A DNA stretch of 61,965 bases from Bacteroidota bacterium (GCA_947450355.1 CANFVB010000001.1:1-61965), one strand, 5' to 3'; counted from the stretch's first letter, positions 42,592-53,610 are shown. Program-made: numbers and translations. The notes: generated by a model from the letters alone, not told the origin.

Positions 42592-43956
42592 ATGAAAAAC
42601 AATTCAAGTTTTTTTCTGTTGCTTTTAATCTTATGCTCTGGAATTTCTTTCGGACAAATAGGATTAGGCACAACTTCGCCTGCTACAACAGCTGTATTAG
42701 ATTTGTCTTCCTCTTCAAAAGGATTGCTTACTCCTAGAATGACAACTTTGCAAAGAAATGCGATTGCATCACCTGCAATAGGTTTGATAGTTTATAATAC
42801 AGACGATGCTACTTTAAATACGTTCAACGGAAGTCTAGGTTGGCAAGATTTTACCGCTAGATATAAAACAATTACTTCCAATTCAGATACTACTACAGCG
42901 TCACTTTTGGATACAGTAGCTTCGGAAATGACAATTAGCCCCCCAGAAGGGAATTATATGGTGAGTTTTAATGGTCAATATAAAAATAATCCATTAACTA
43001 CAGTTACAACCGTTATTACTCCCAATACAAATTCTATAAATACAGCAAATTGTTTCCCAGTTCTTACTAGAATTATTGCGGATTTAGATGCAATTGCAAT
43101 TAATGATGCTAATTTCACTGCCACAATAGGTACTTTGGCTGGTCAAACGATTTATCCAGGTAAATATTATGTTCCCGCAGCATTGGCTTTAACCGAAAAC
43201 ATTACTTTAGACGCTAATGGAAATCCAGATGCTTTATTTATTTTTCAAGCGAATGGCGCAATTAATTCAAGCGTGTGGACAACGATTACTTTAGCTGGAG
43301 GTGCTAAAGCATGTAATGTTTTTTGGGTGGCATTAGGAGCAGTAGGAATTGGTGCAGATTGTATTATTAAAGGGAATTTGATAGCTAGAACCGCTGCAAT
43401 TGCAGTAGGATTTCGTTCTACACTAGAGGGAAGAATGTTCTCTGGTGGAGGCGCAATTGCTTTTGGTCCAGGAACTGCTAGTGTTCCAGTAGGAACATCG
43501 GCTATAGATTTAGGAATTTTAAAAGAATTTGTAATTTATACGCATGCTGGTGGATTAGGAAATGTAATTTCTGGTGCAAATACAACAGGAATTTACAATG
43601 GTTATATTTTATCTGATGCAGGAGCAGCCACAGGTTTTGAAACAGCCACTTTACAATATCCTATAATTCCTGCTGGTGGTGTAGTTTCATTACCAGATGG
43701 AACCTCAACCACAACGTATGTTTATAACCAAGTTGAAAACACCGCTTTGGGTATCGCTAATTTCAGTATTTATAGTAATGGAACTTTACAATCAAGTTCA
43801 ACCAAAACGGTTCCTAGTAGTTCAGCAATTGCAGAGGTCTCAATAAGAGGAATAGTTTCTGTTTCAAATGGTCAATCGGTACAAATACGTTGGAATTCCA
43901 CTGCTGAGACTTTGCTTATGAAAAACAGAACATTAACTTTAGTTAGGGTTCAATAA
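42592..43956 (+). CDS. Array paralogue 15, class B ice-binding family protein
   Basis: TIYPGKY, LDANGNPDALFIFQ, ACNVFW, EGRMFS, then IDLGILKEFVIYT. Confidence 0.8.
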   Translation: MKNNSSFFLLLLILCSGISFGQIGLGTTSPATTAVLDLSSSSKGLLTPRMTTLQRNAIASPAIGLIVYNTDDATLNTFNGSLGWQDFTARYKTITSNSDTTTASLLDTVASEMTISPPEGNYMVSFNGQYKNNPLTTVTTVITPNTNSINTANCFPVLTRIIADLDAIAINDANFTATIGTLAGQTIYPGKYYVPAALALTENITLDANGNPDALFIFQANGAINSSVWTTITLAGGAKACNVFWVALGAVGIGADCIIKGNLIARTAAIAVGFRSTLEGRMFSGGGAIAFGPGTASVPVGTSAIDLGILKEFVIYTHAGGLGNVISGANTTGIYNGYILSDAGAATGFETATLQYPIIPAGGVVSLPDGTSTTTYVYNQVENTALGIANFSIYSNGTLQSSSTKTVPSSSAIAEVSIRGIVSVSNGQSVQIRWNSTAETLLMKNRTLTLVRVQ

Positions 43957-43988
43957 ATACATGATTATCAATATAATAAAAAAATAAA

Positions 43989-44648
43989 ATGAATAATTAC
44001 AAATTTATTTTCACCTCGCTTTTTTTTATTTTTACAGGAATAAGTAATGCTCAAGTTGGAATAGGAAACTCAACCCCTGCAGTTTCCTCGGTACTGGATA
44101 TTACTTCTACTAGTAAAGGGTTTCTTGCACCTAGAATGAATACAACTCAAAGAAATTCTATTTTAAATCCAGCCGATGGATTATTAATTTACAATACTGA
44201 CGAATTAAATCTTAATGCTTTTACTCAATCTTCAGGATGGAAAGTATTGGCTTCTGCCTTTAAATCGGTAACAATTGCTGCGCCAGATGCAACAACTTCA
44301 ATTGTTGATGTTACAGTTTCTGGAATGTCTATTATTCCTATGGATGTAAATAATAGTAATAATACGCCTCTGCCAGGTACGTATTTAGTTACATTTGAAA
44401 GTGATTGTAAATCATTAAACGCATCTTCTGCCCTTGTATTAGGAACCTTTAGTATTTATGCCAATGGTATTCAAATTCTAGATTCTGTAAGAAATTTTAC
44501 TTGTAAAGTGTCGCAAAATTTATTGTCATTACAAACTGTAGTAACAGTAAGTAAAGACCAGGCTATTGAAGTAAAATGGCATACAGATTTAGTGACTAAT
44601 CCAATTGTACTTGGAAATAGGACATTAACACTTATGAAAGTAAAATAA
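43989..44648 (+). CDS. Array paralogue 16: scaffold only (N-module + C1q/BclA-CTD-like head, no DUF3494 insert)
   Basis: GTYLVTF joined by a short loop to [35 protein letters not shown]. Confidence 0.85.
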   Translation: MNNYKFIFTSLFFIFTGISNAQVGIGNSTPAVSSVLDITSTSKGFLAPRMNTTQRNSILNPADGLLIYNTDELNLNAFTQSSGWKVLASAFKSVTIAAPDATTSIVDVTVSGMSIIPMDVNNSNNTPLPGTYLVTFESDCKSLNASSALVLGTFSIYANGIQILDSVRNFTCKVSQNLLSLQTVVTVSKDQAIEVKWHTDLVTNPIVLGNRTLTLMKVK

Positions 44649-44692
44649 GAATTAGACAATTAATTCTATTCAACCTAAAAATCACACTCATA

Positions 44693-46138
44693 ATGAAATT
44701 CAAAATAGCACTTTTTCTACTTATATCTTCCCCTTTTTGTCAAGCGCAACTTGGTATGGGAAATAACACAACTCCAAATAGTTCTGCAGTTTTAGATTTG
44801 TCATCTAATAATAAAGGACTTTTAGCACCGAGATTGACTAACGCGCAGCGTGATGCTATTCAATCACCAGCAGTTGGACTATTGATTTACAATACAGATG
44901 ATCAAGATTTTAATTCCTATAATGGAACACTATTGGGTTGGCAGGATTTCGCTACAGGCTATACTTCAGTATCAGCAAATTCAGAAATTTTGACTACTTC
45001 AACTGTTGATGTATCGGCAACTGGAATGACTGTTACACCAAAAAAAGGTACTTATTCCGTGATGTTTAACAGTCAATTTAATAATTCAGATACTTTTATT
45101 ACTACAACTGCAACAAGGGAATCGTTTTTATTGAATTTAGATGATCTTATTCACGATTTAGATGACTATTTCATTACAGGAACGACCAACTACAATTCAA
45201 TTACACATACTCATTATGCTAGTTATAATGGGAGTGTTGGAGTAGGTTCTCCTATATCAAATGAACTTCAGGCGAATTATGCAAATTTAGCACTAACACT
45301 TTATCCAGGAGCTTATTACGAAGGCGCTGCAATCAATTTTGTTGGAGGAGCGGTAGTTACTTTTGATGGTTTGGGTGATCCTAATGCTAAATTTATTTTT
45401 AAAGCGGGTGCTGCTATCAATACTGGAATTGGGGTTACATTTGTTTTGGTAAATGGTGCTAAGGCTAATAATATATTTTGGTTGGCTACTGGCGCTATGA
45501 GTATTGGTGCTACTAATGAAATGAAAGGAAATTGTGTTTCAAGAGCTGGCGCAATGGCGGTTGGAATAGCGACCAACCTTGATGGTAGAATTCTAACTAG
45601 TGCAGGAGCGTTAACAATGGGGAATGGTACTTTGTCAATTCCTAACGAAACTTCTTTTATTAATTTTAGAGCATTGGTTTCCTTTTTAGGATTTACCGGT
45701 GCTGGAGATATTAACATTACTGGAGCTCCCGCAACAACTTATACTAATATTAATGGGGATTTATTTACTTGCCAAGCGTTTAATAATTTTGGTTTCACAC
45801 CTCCTTTTAATGGAATAACAGATGGCACACAACCTGTTATTGGACCACCGGTTACTTTAGTTGGTAAATTATACCATTGTACTGGGCCTCAAGTTGCTAC
45901 TGGAGGAATTATAATTAATAATTCTGATTCATCAGGAACTTTTAGCTTGTATAAAAATAATATATTAATTCCATATACAGCTAAAACAGTTGTAAGTAAT
46001 AAAAATTCTGACATCATTACTTTACAAACAATCGCTACTGTAAACGGAACGGATGTTATCGATGTGCGATGGAAAACTGCTTCTGGAAATACTATAATAA
46101 TGGGAAATAGAAATTTAACGTTGCTTAAAGTACAGTAA
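44693..46138 (+). CDS. Array paralogue 17, class B with expanded loops
   Basis: LYPGAY, FDGLGDPNAKFIFK, NNIFW, DGRILT; about 30-aa insertion after the helix. Confidence 0.8.
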   Translation: MKFKIALFLLISSPFCQAQLGMGNNTTPNSSAVLDLSSNNKGLLAPRLTNAQRDAIQSPAVGLLIYNTDDQDFNSYNGTLLGWQDFATGYTSVSANSEILTTSTVDVSATGMTVTPKKGTYSVMFNSQFNNSDTFITTTATRESFLLNLDDLIHDLDDYFITGTTNYNSITHTHYASYNGSVGVGSPISNELQANYANLALTLYPGAYYEGAAINFVGGAVVTFDGLGDPNAKFIFKAGAAINTGIGVTFVLVNGAKANNIFWLATGAMSIGATNEMKGNCVSRAGAMAVGIATNLDGRILTSAGALTMGNGTLSIPNETSFINFRALVSFLGFTGAGDINITGAPATTYTNINGDLFTCQAFNNFGFTPPFNGITDGTQPVIGPPVTLVGKLYHCTGPQVATGGIIINNSDSSGTFSLYKNNILIPYTAKTVVSNKNSDIITLQTIATVNGTDVIDVRWKTASGNTIIMGNRNLTLLKVQ

Positions 46139-46251
46139 ATATTATATTTTTGTCTTTCAAAGTGTGCTATTTTATTGGTATTATTTTTGTAAAAAAAAGT
46201 TAAGATTAATCCTTAAAAAAAATGCCTTCATTTCTGAAAGCACATTACATT

Positions 46252-46383
46252 ATTTTATTGGTCTCAAATATAGTTAAAACTATGCACTAAAGTGCATTTA
46301 GCTTTAGCTTCTAAAAATATTTTTTGCCACAGATTCACTGATTTTTTTAATTATTTTTTAATCTGTGAATCTGTGGAAAATTT
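46252..46383. repeat. Dispersed REP/MITE-like element, copy 2
   Basis: Hairpins TGCACT-AA-AGTGCA and CCACAGATTCAC...GTGAATCTGTGG; homologous to 931..1055. Confidence 0.65.
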
Positions 46384-46410
46384 CACGGATTAATTGCGCA
46401 ATCTAGCTTC

Positions 46411-46458
46411 GCAGACTTTTAGTCTGCCAAACCAAATCTATGGACTTTCAGTCCATAG
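46411..46458. repeat. Pair of short REP-like palindromes
   Basis: GCAGACT-TTT-AGTCTGC and CTATGGACT-TTC-AGTCCATAG. Confidence 0.55.
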
Positions 46459-46477
46459 TGGTTTAGTTTCTAAATTA

Positions 46478-47476
46478 TTATTTTCCACTATCTTTAACCA
46501 ATCGTTTCAGAATTGCCCATTGTTTTAAGGCATCTCTAGCTTCAACTGCAGGATACCCTAGCATCATTTTTCCTGCTGGAATATCACCTGTGACTCCTGA
46601 ACCAGCACCAACAATTGCTCCGTCGCCAATAGTTGTATGGTCTTTTATAGATGCACTACCACCAATAATTACTCCATTTCCTAAAGTTACAGAACCTGCT
46701 AATCCTGAATTACCTGCCATAATACAGAATTTACCCAAGATGCTATTGTGTCCTATTTGGACTAAATTATCAATTTTGCAACCATCTCCAATTACAGTAG
46801 AACTAAATTTTCCTCTATCTACGCATGTGTTGGCTCCAATTTCAACCCAATTACCAATAATTACATTACCGATTTGTGGAATTTTTACTAAACCTCTATC
46901 TGGACAAGGTCTAAATCCAAAACCATCTGCACCAATGGTAGCATTTGGATGGATAATGCAGTCAGTTCCTATATGGCATCTTTCACGTAGTACTGTTCCT
47001 GACCAAATGACAGTTTCATTTCCTATTGTGCACTCGTCTAAAATTGTTACGTTTGGATATATTGTTACATTTTCTCCAAGAATTACTTTGGGGCCAATGT
47101 AACTTCCTGCCCCAATTCGACTTCCAATTCCAATCTGAGCAGTCACATCAATGTTTGCTGAAGGATGTATTGTAGTTGCGAATATTGGAGTAGGGGGAGC
47201 AAATAATTCGAGTACTTGCGACATTGCTAAATCTGCATTTTTTACTTTTATGAAAGCTCTATTTTCTCCAGGCTCAATAGAAACATCTTCATTTACAACT
47301 GCAACACATGCATTTGAAGTTGCCCAAAGTTTTTCGTATTTTTTATGTCCAATGAAAGAAATTTCAGAAGCACTCGCTCTTTCTAATTGTTCTGGGGCTG
47401 TTATTATCTGGATTGTAGAACCTATAATTTCACCGTTAAGTACTTTATTTATTTGCTCGATTGAGTAGGTTTTCAT
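46478..47476 (-). CDS. lpxD: UDP-3-O-acylglucosamine N-acyltransferase family (hexapeptide-repeat protein)
   Basis: [38 protein letters not shown]. Confidence 0.85.
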   Translation of the reverse strand: MKTYSIEQINKVLNGEIIGSTIQIITAPEQLERASASEISFIGHKKYEKLWATSNACVAVVNEDVSIEPGENRAFIKVKNADLAMSQVLELFAPPTPIFATTIHPSANIDVTAQIGIGSRIGAGSYIGPKVILGENVTIYPNVTILDECTIGNETVIWSGTVLRERCHIGTDCIIHPNATIGADGFGFRPCPDRGLVKIPQIGNVIIGNWVEIGANTCVDRGKFSSTVIGDGCKIDNLVQIGHNSILGKFCIMAGNSGLAGSVTLGNGVIIGGSASIKDHTTIGDGAIVGAGSGVTGDIPAGKMMLGYPAVEARDALKQWAILKRLVKDSGK

Positions 47477-47660
47477 TTTTGAAGTTATTTATTTTATTTG
47501 TAGGACTATAAAAATATGAAAAATTAGGTCATACATCCAAAATAATTTGACTTTACTTTTAGAAACCGCAATTTATTTAATTTGCGGTTTTTTATTTTTT
47601 ACCTATTTACGTTAAAATTCAATCGTAATTAAAACTTATATTTGTTTTAATTATTGAATT

Positions 47661-49433
47661 ATGGAAAGTTATATAAGTCGAAAAATACAATTCTCAGCAG
47701 AATTTGGAAATTTAAAAAAGAAATACAATCTCATTAGTTTTTTAAGGCTTATGTGTATTTTATTTGCCTTGGTTTCCTTGTTTTATTATATCAAAACGCA
47801 GCAGTCTTTATTTGAAATTACAGCTATTATTTTGGTTATAATTTTTATTATTTTAATTAGATTTCATTCCAAATTAAGCAATAGAATTAATCATTTAGAA
47901 GCACTTATTTCTATAAATGAAAATGAGATTTTGTTTCTTAAAAAAGAAAAAATCCCTTTTGAAAACGGAATTGAATTTACAGATTTTTCGCATCCGTATT
48001 CTTATGATTTAGATATTTTTGGCGAAAACTCTTTGTTCCAAAATCTAAATAGAACCTATACTTTTATCGGCAAAAAAATACTTTCCCAACGCTTATTAGG
48101 CATTTTGCCCAACGATGAAATTCTTCAAAATCAAGTAGCGATTAAAGAATTATCTAAAGATTTAGATTGGCGTCAAAAATTTGCGGCTTTCGCCAAATCT
48201 GCTGAAGACAACGAATCGTTTTACACGACTTTATTGCGTTGGTGTTCTTTCAATAGTGCGTCATTATCAAGAATTAGTGTTGTTTTATCATTTGTATTAC
48301 CGATTATATTATGGTGTACTTTGGGTTTGTATTTCATAACTTCAAATACTATTTTCCTATCAGTTTTCACTTTTATTTTCACAATCAATTTAGGATTTTC
48401 CGATGTTTTTCTAAATCGTATTCAGGCTGAAAATGCGCAATCTACCAACATTGATAAAGTCATCAAACAATATGGCTTGTTGCTAGAAATCATTGAAATA
48501 AAGGATTTTGAATCCGAAAAATTAAAAGGATTACAACAAAAATTAATTACTACTGATGGAACTTCAAGTTCCAAAATAAAACAGCTTTCGGAATTATTTT
48601 CCAGAATGGACAGTATTGGAAATATTTTTTCAGCAGTACTTTTCAACGGACTTTTCTTGTATCATTTTCATAATTTACGAGCTATAATTCATTGGAAAAA
48701 GTCAAATGCATTGGCTCTTGAAAATTGGCTTGAAGTAATTGGGGAGTTTGAAATGCTTAATAGTTTGGCTAATTTTTCATTTAATAATCCACAGTTTGCA
48801 TTTCCAACATTGAACTCAAATTATGAAATTTCGTTTTCTAATGTAAGCCATCCTTTATTGAATGAAAATTCACGAGTTGGGAATGACATCTCTTTTAATC
48901 CACAAGCTTTTACTATACTTACAGGTTCCAATATGTCTGGGAAAAGTACTTTTCTGCGCAGTTTGGGTGTCAATATGATTTTGGCAGGAATTGGCGCACC
49001 CGTTTGTGCAAATCAAGCGAATGTTCATCCCCTTTCAGTTTTGGTTTCTATGCGTTTATCAGATTCGTTATCCGACAGTGAATCCTATTTTTATGCAGAA
49101 ATTAAGCGTTTAAAACTTATTATTGATGCTTTGAATGACCAACGTTCTTTCGTACTTTTAGACGAAATTCTGAGAGGCACAAATTCTGATGACAAACGAA
49201 ATGGAACTATTGAATTTATCAAAAATAGTATTAATAAAAATGCAATTGGGGTTATCGCAACCCACGATATTGAAGTTTGCCTTACCACAGATGAATTTCC
49301 AAATCAACTAACAAACCGCTGTTTTGAAGTTGAAATCAGTAATGATGATTTGCATTTTGATTATAAGTTATACAACGGAATTTGTAAAAATAAAAGTGCC
49401 ACTTTCTTGATGAAAAAGATGGGTGTCATTTAA
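47661..49433 (+). CDS. Membrane-anchored MutS-related ATPase (MutS domain V only)
   Basis: N-terminal TM pairs; TGSNMSGKSTFLR, LLDEILRGTN, ATHD; no mismatch-binding domain. Confidence 0.88.
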   Translation: MESYISRKIQFSAEFGNLKKKYNLISFLRLMCILFALVSLFYYIKTQQSLFEITAIILVIIFIILIRFHSKLSNRINHLEALISINENEILFLKKEKIPFENGIEFTDFSHPYSYDLDIFGENSLFQNLNRTYTFIGKKILSQRLLGILPNDEILQNQVAIKELSKDLDWRQKFAAFAKSAEDNESFYTTLLRWCSFNSASLSRISVVLSFVLPIILWCTLGLYFITSNTIFLSVFTFIFTINLGFSDVFLNRIQAENAQSTNIDKVIKQYGLLLEIIEIKDFESEKLKGLQQKLITTDGTSSSKIKQLSELFSRMDSIGNIFSAVLFNGLFLYHFHNLRAIIHWKKSNALALENWLEVIGEFEMLNSLANFSFNNPQFAFPTLNSNYEISFSNVSHPLLNENSRVGNDISFNPQAFTILTGSNMSGKSTFLRSLGVNMILAGIGAPVCANQANVHPLSVLVSMRLSDSLSDSESYFYAEIKRLKLIIDALNDQRSFVLLDEILRGTNSDDKRNGTIEFIKNSINKNAIGVIATHDIEVCLTTDEFPNQLTNRCFEVEISNDDLHFDYKLYNGICKNKSATFLMKKMGVI

Positions 49434-49508
49434 GTCTTAAAGTCGAAAGTCATAATTGCTCACATAAAAAAGGTGGTTAGAAGTTATAAATTTGCATAAA
49501 AAAATCAA

Positions 49509-49678
49509 ATGGATTTTTCGATATTTTTTTGTTTCTACTAGAAGTAGAGTTTTCTCACTTTGACATTGTTGATTTCAAGGAATTGTTAGATTTAAAAACC
49601 AAGAAAGACTGTCTTTATATTTATTTGGACGAGAAAAACACTCTTCCTGAAAATTATGAATCTGGATTAACTAATTAG
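49509..49678 (+). pseudogene. Remnant of an ISAon1-like (ISL3-related) transposase N-terminal ORF
   Basis: MDFSIF.. hits a stop; second frame reads FSHFDIVDFKELLDLKTKKDCLYIYLDEKNTLP; family assigned from recall of the motif. Confidence 0.45.
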
Positions 49679-50226
49679 TTCTTATTCAACCGAGAATAAA
49701 TTACGCTATCAATAAATTTACCATCATAAAATTCATTTTCTTTTAAATGTCCTTCTTTAACAAATCTATTTTTTTGTAATACTTTTTCAGAAGCACCATT
49801 TTCAGGGTCAATAATAGCTTCGATTGAATGCAACTTCATTTCATTAAATCCAAATTCCACAACAATTCCAACTGCTTCCGAAGCAATTCCCTTTCCGTGA
49901 ATTTCTGGAAGTAACATATACCCAATTTCTGAACGATAATGTTCGTGTTTAGTTCTATAAAAACCAATAATACCAAGTAATTTAGAACTTCCTTTGACTG
50001 TAATTCCCCAATTAATCGCTTCATTTTTTTCTATTCCAGAATCAATCATAGCCAAGTGTTCCAAAGCTTCTTCGTGGTTTTTTACCAAAGGTCTTGGAAT
50101 ATACTTCATATTTTCTGCATCAGAACGCATCTCGAAAATTTCTTGCACATCATTTTCATCTATGCGTCGAAGCAATAAACGGTCACTTTCTAAATTCGGA
50201 AATGGATTAAAATTAAGGACTAACAT
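49675..50226 (-). CDS. GNAT N-acetyltransferase, RimJ/RimL type
   Basis: LESDRLLLR, EIGYML..HGKGIASEA, NGASEKVLQK..F..EG. Confidence 0.9.
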   Translation of the reverse strand: MLVLNFNPFPNLESDRLLLRRIDENDVQEIFEMRSDAENMKYIPRPLVKNHEEALEHLAMIDSGIEKNEAINWGITVKGSSKLLGIIGFYRTKHEHYRSEIGYMLLPEIHGKGIASEAVGIVVEFGFNEMKLHSIEAIIDPENGASEKVLQKNRFVKEGHLKENEFYDGKFIDSVIYSRLNKN

Positions 50227-50237
50227 AGTTTTTATTT

Positions 50238-51089
50238 TTATAAAATTTCAATTGAATATTTGGATTGAAATTGTTCCTTAATTCCAATAATTTGAATCCC
50301 TTCTTTTTCTGATAATTCCCCTGAATTTGTCATTGTATCGGCATATCCAAACCACGGTTCTATACAAATATAAGGTGCTTTTGGTTTTGTCCAAATCCCC
50401 AATGATGGAAAATCTTCAAATTTAACTTTCAGAAATGGAACATTATTTTCAGAAATTGTAATTGCTTTAGATTCTAATTTTTTAAAAATTAATGCATCAT
50501 TTTCAAATAAGGAATAGGAGAGTGGCAATCGATTTTCTTTCATTGGTAATGAAATAGTTTCGTTGCAAATTAAATCGTTTTCAAGTTGCGAACAGATTAA
50601 AATTTCTGATTTCTCAAATTCCAGTGAATAACTATCGAATTCATTTGGCAATGCAAATCCAGGATGTCCGCCAATTGAAAATGGCATTTCAAAATCATTG
50701 ATATTGATGACTTTATAACCAATTTTTAAACTTGAATTTACAAGTGTATAACTGATTTGCAACTCAAATTCAAACGGATAATTTTCTAATGTTTCTGTAT
50801 TGTTTTTTACTAAAAAAATAACATTTTCTGCTGATTTTTCAATAATATTAAATTCCATTTTATGAGCAAATCCATGTCTTAATAAAGAATATGAGTTGCC
50901 TTTATAGGAATATGTATCGTCTTTTAAACAACCCACAATTGGAAATAAAATTGGCGAATGTTTGCCCCAAAATTCAGGATTTCCTTCCCAAATATATTCT
51001 TTGTTATTAGAGTTTTTTAGCGAAATTAATTCTGCACCTAACGGATTTATTATTGCAGTCAAATTTGAATTTGAAATAGTTGTGTTCAA
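50238..51089 (-). CDS. Aldose 1-epimerase family protein (LacX-like), TTG start
   Basis: GAELISL, EYIWEG..W..HSPILFPIVG, HGFA, HPGF, CIEPW. Confidence 0.9.
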   Translation of the reverse strand: MNTTISNSNLTAIINPLGAELISLKNSNNKEYIWEGNPEFWGKHSPILFPIVGCLKDDTYSYKGNSYSLLRHGFAHKMEFNIIEKSAENVIFLVKNNTETLENYPFEFELQISYTLVNSSLKIGYKVININDFEMPFSIGGHPGFALPNEFDSYSLEFEKSEILICSQLENDLICNETISLPMKENRLPLSYSLFENDALIFKKLESKAITISENNVPFLKVKFEDFPSLGIWTKPKAPYICIEPWFGYADTMTNSGELSEKEGIQIIGIKEQFQSKYSIEIL

Positions 51090-51289
51090 TACTTTTAATT
51101 TTTTTGTAAAAGTATTTAATTTAAGCTATTGTAGTCAAATTTTCAGTAAATTTTGTTAAAAATATTCCTATTTCAATAAAAAGTAGCAACTTTGAAACTC
51201 GAATTGTTTACTTATTTAGATGTTTATTATCGTTGGTTGTAACATTTAATTGAAACATTCGTTTTATATAAAAACTTAAATAATAATAA

Positions 51290-53554
51290 ATGAAAAACCA
51301 TTTTACCAAAGCCCTTTTATTTTCGGCTTTATTTTTCGGAACAGTAGTTGTAAATGCACAACAAGCCCCAGTAACAGAAGCTAAATCAGTTTCAAATTAC
51401 AATTACCACGATGCTTTTGCACCCAATTTTTATACAAAAAATGGAACTGCAACGCGCTCAGCAAGTGGTCAACCAGGAGAAAAATATTGGCAAAACAGAG
51501 CGGATTATCAATTAACTGCAAATTTAAATGATAAAACAAGTGAAATAATCGGTTCTGAAACTTTAACTTATACCAATAACAGTCCAGATAAATTGTCTTT
51601 TTTATGGATGAATGTAGATCAAAATTTATTCAAAACTGATTCTCGTGGAAATGCTGTAATTCCTGTAAATGGTAGTCGTAACGGCGCAAGAGGTGAAAAA
51701 TTTGATGGTGGTCACAAAATTAAATCCGTTAAAATAGTTTCTGTAATTGGAGGAAAATCAGTTGAGAAAGAAGCGAAATTTGAAATCAATGATACAAGAA
51801 TGAAAATCGTTCTTCCTCAAGATTTGAATGCTAACGGTGCTTCATTAAAAGTAAAAATCGAGTTTTCCTATATTTCACCAAAATACGGTTCGGATAGAAC
51901 GGGTGTTTTAGATACTAAAAATGGGAAAATTTTTACAATTGCGCAATGGTATCCAAGAATGTGTGTTTATGATGATGTAAGAGGATGGAACACATTGCCT
52001 TATCAAGGTGCTGGTGAATTTTATTTAGAATATGGTGATTTTGATGTAACAATTACGGCACCTTCAAATCACGTTGTAGTTTGTTCTGGGGAGTTAGTAA
52101 ATTCAAAAGAAGTGTATTCTGTTGCACAACAAAAACTTTGGGCAGAAGCAGCAAATAGTGATAAAACGATCGTAATTCGTTCTGCGGAAGATGTTGCCAA
52201 TGCAGTTTCAAAACCATTGGTTAAACCAACATTAAACTGGCACTTCAAAATCAAAAATTCTCGTGATGTTTCCTTTGCTTCGTCACCTGCTTTCATAATT
52301 GATGCGGCTAAAATTAACTTGCCAAGTGGCAAAAAATCTCTTGCAATATCTGCTTATCCAGTTGAAAGCGATGGAAGTTCTGCTTGGGGACGTTCTACTG
52401 AATACACAAAAACATCTATTGAAAATTACTCGAAAAGATGGTTTGAATATCCTTATCCTGCCGCTACAAATGTTGCTGGAAATGAAGGCGGAATGGAATA
52501 TCCAGGAATCGTTTTCTGTGGATGGGAATCAAAAGGAGAAGAATTATGGGGAGTTACGGATCACGAATTTGGACACATCTGGTTTCCAATGATTGTAGGT
52601 TCTAACGAGCGTTTATTTGCTTGGATGGACGAAGGTTTTAATACTTTTATAAATTCTTTAAGTTCTGTTGATTTTAATAATGGGGAATACAAATCGCCTA
52701 TTACGGATATGCACCAAATGTCTGAAGCTTTTACTAAACCTTCAATGGAACCAATAATGACGGCGCCTGATGGTTTTAAAGAAGCGAATATGGGAATGTT
52801 AGGATATTACAAACCCTCTTCAGGATTGATAATGTTACGCGAACAAATTCTTGGAAAAGAACGTTTTGATACTGCTTTCAAAACCTACGTAGCACGTTGG
52901 GCATTCAAACATCCAACGCCAGACGACTTTTTCAGAACTATTGAAAACGTTGCTGGTGAAGATTTAAATTGGTTTTGGAGAGGTTGGTTCGTTAACAACT
53001 GGCGTTTTGATCAAGCAATTACTAAGGTTAAATATGTGAAAAACAATCCACAATTAGGTGCTGTTATTTCTATTGAAAACCTTGAAAAAATGGCACTTCC
53101 TGTTGTTTTAGATATTAAATTTAAAAGCGGAACTGTTACTCGCATAAAATTACCTGTCGAAATCTGGCAGAAAAATACAGATTGGTCTTTCAAAAGTAAT
53201 TCTACTGAAGAAATTGAAACCATCACTTTAGATCCAGATCACGTTTTTCCTGATGTAAATAGTGCTAACAATATTTGGAGTGCCGACAAAGGAGAATTAG
53301 AAAAAGATGTAATTTTAGATTCTTACTTAGGAAAATTTTCAAGTGCTTTGATTCCTATTAAAATTGTTTTCACTGAAGAAGAAGATACACTTGTAGCCAA
53401 CGCAACAGGACAACCAAAATTACCTTTAACAGCTGCTGGTAAAGATAAATTCACGTTTGACCAAGCAGGTTTAACAATTCAATTTAACGAAAGTAAAAGC
53501 GAATTTAATTTGTTAATCAACGGGCAAACAATTCTGTTTACTAAAGACAAATAA
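51290..53554 (+). CDS. M1-family aminopeptidase, exported
   Basis: Signal peptide; GGMEYP, HEFGH..WMDEG, YYKP. Confidence 0.9.
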   Translation: MKNHFTKALLFSALFFGTVVVNAQQAPVTEAKSVSNYNYHDAFAPNFYTKNGTATRSASGQPGEKYWQNRADYQLTANLNDKTSEIIGSETLTYTNNSPDKLSFLWMNVDQNLFKTDSRGNAVIPVNGSRNGARGEKFDGGHKIKSVKIVSVIGGKSVEKEAKFEINDTRMKIVLPQDLNANGASLKVKIEFSYISPKYGSDRTGVLDTKNGKIFTIAQWYPRMCVYDDVRGWNTLPYQGAGEFYLEYGDFDVTITAPSNHVVVCSGELVNSKEVYSVAQQKLWAEAANSDKTIVIRSAEDVANAVSKPLVKPTLNWHFKIKNSRDVSFASSPAFIIDAAKINLPSGKKSLAISAYPVESDGSSAWGRSTEYTKTSIENYSKRWFEYPYPAATNVAGNEGGMEYPGIVFCGWESKGEELWGVTDHEFGHIWFPMIVGSNERLFAWMDEGFNTFINSLSSVDFNNGEYKSPITDMHQMSEAFTKPSMEPIMTAPDGFKEANMGMLGYYKPSSGLIMLREQILGKERFDTAFKTYVARWAFKHPTPDDFFRTIENVAGEDLNWFWRGWFVNNWRFDQAITKVKYVKNNPQLGAVISIENLEKMALPVVLDIKFKSGTVTRIKLPVEIWQKNTDWSFKSNSTEEIETITLDPDHVFPDVNSANNIWSADKGELEKDVILDSYLGKFSSALIPIKIVFTEEEDTLVANATGQPKLPLTAAGKDKFTFDQAGLTIQFNESKSEFNLLINGQTILFTKDK

Positions 53555-53577
53555 GATTTTAATTATTGATTCAAATA

Positions 53578-53610
53578 GAAACACCAACTGAAAAGTTGGT
53601 GTTTTTTTTT
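53578..53610. terminator. Terminator between convergent genes
   Basis: AAACACCAACT-GAAA-AGTTGGTGTTTTTTTT. Confidence 0.85.

Noticed and set aside
22954-46138. Prophage or tailocin tail-fibre cluster; diversity-generating retroelement or shufflon
   Set aside because: Every gene has a Sec signal peptide; no phage structural genes, reverse transcriptase, recombinase or inverted cassettes are present in the window
47661-49433. Mismatch-repair mutS
   Set aside because: Only the ATPase domain with TM segments is present; no gene symbol assigned
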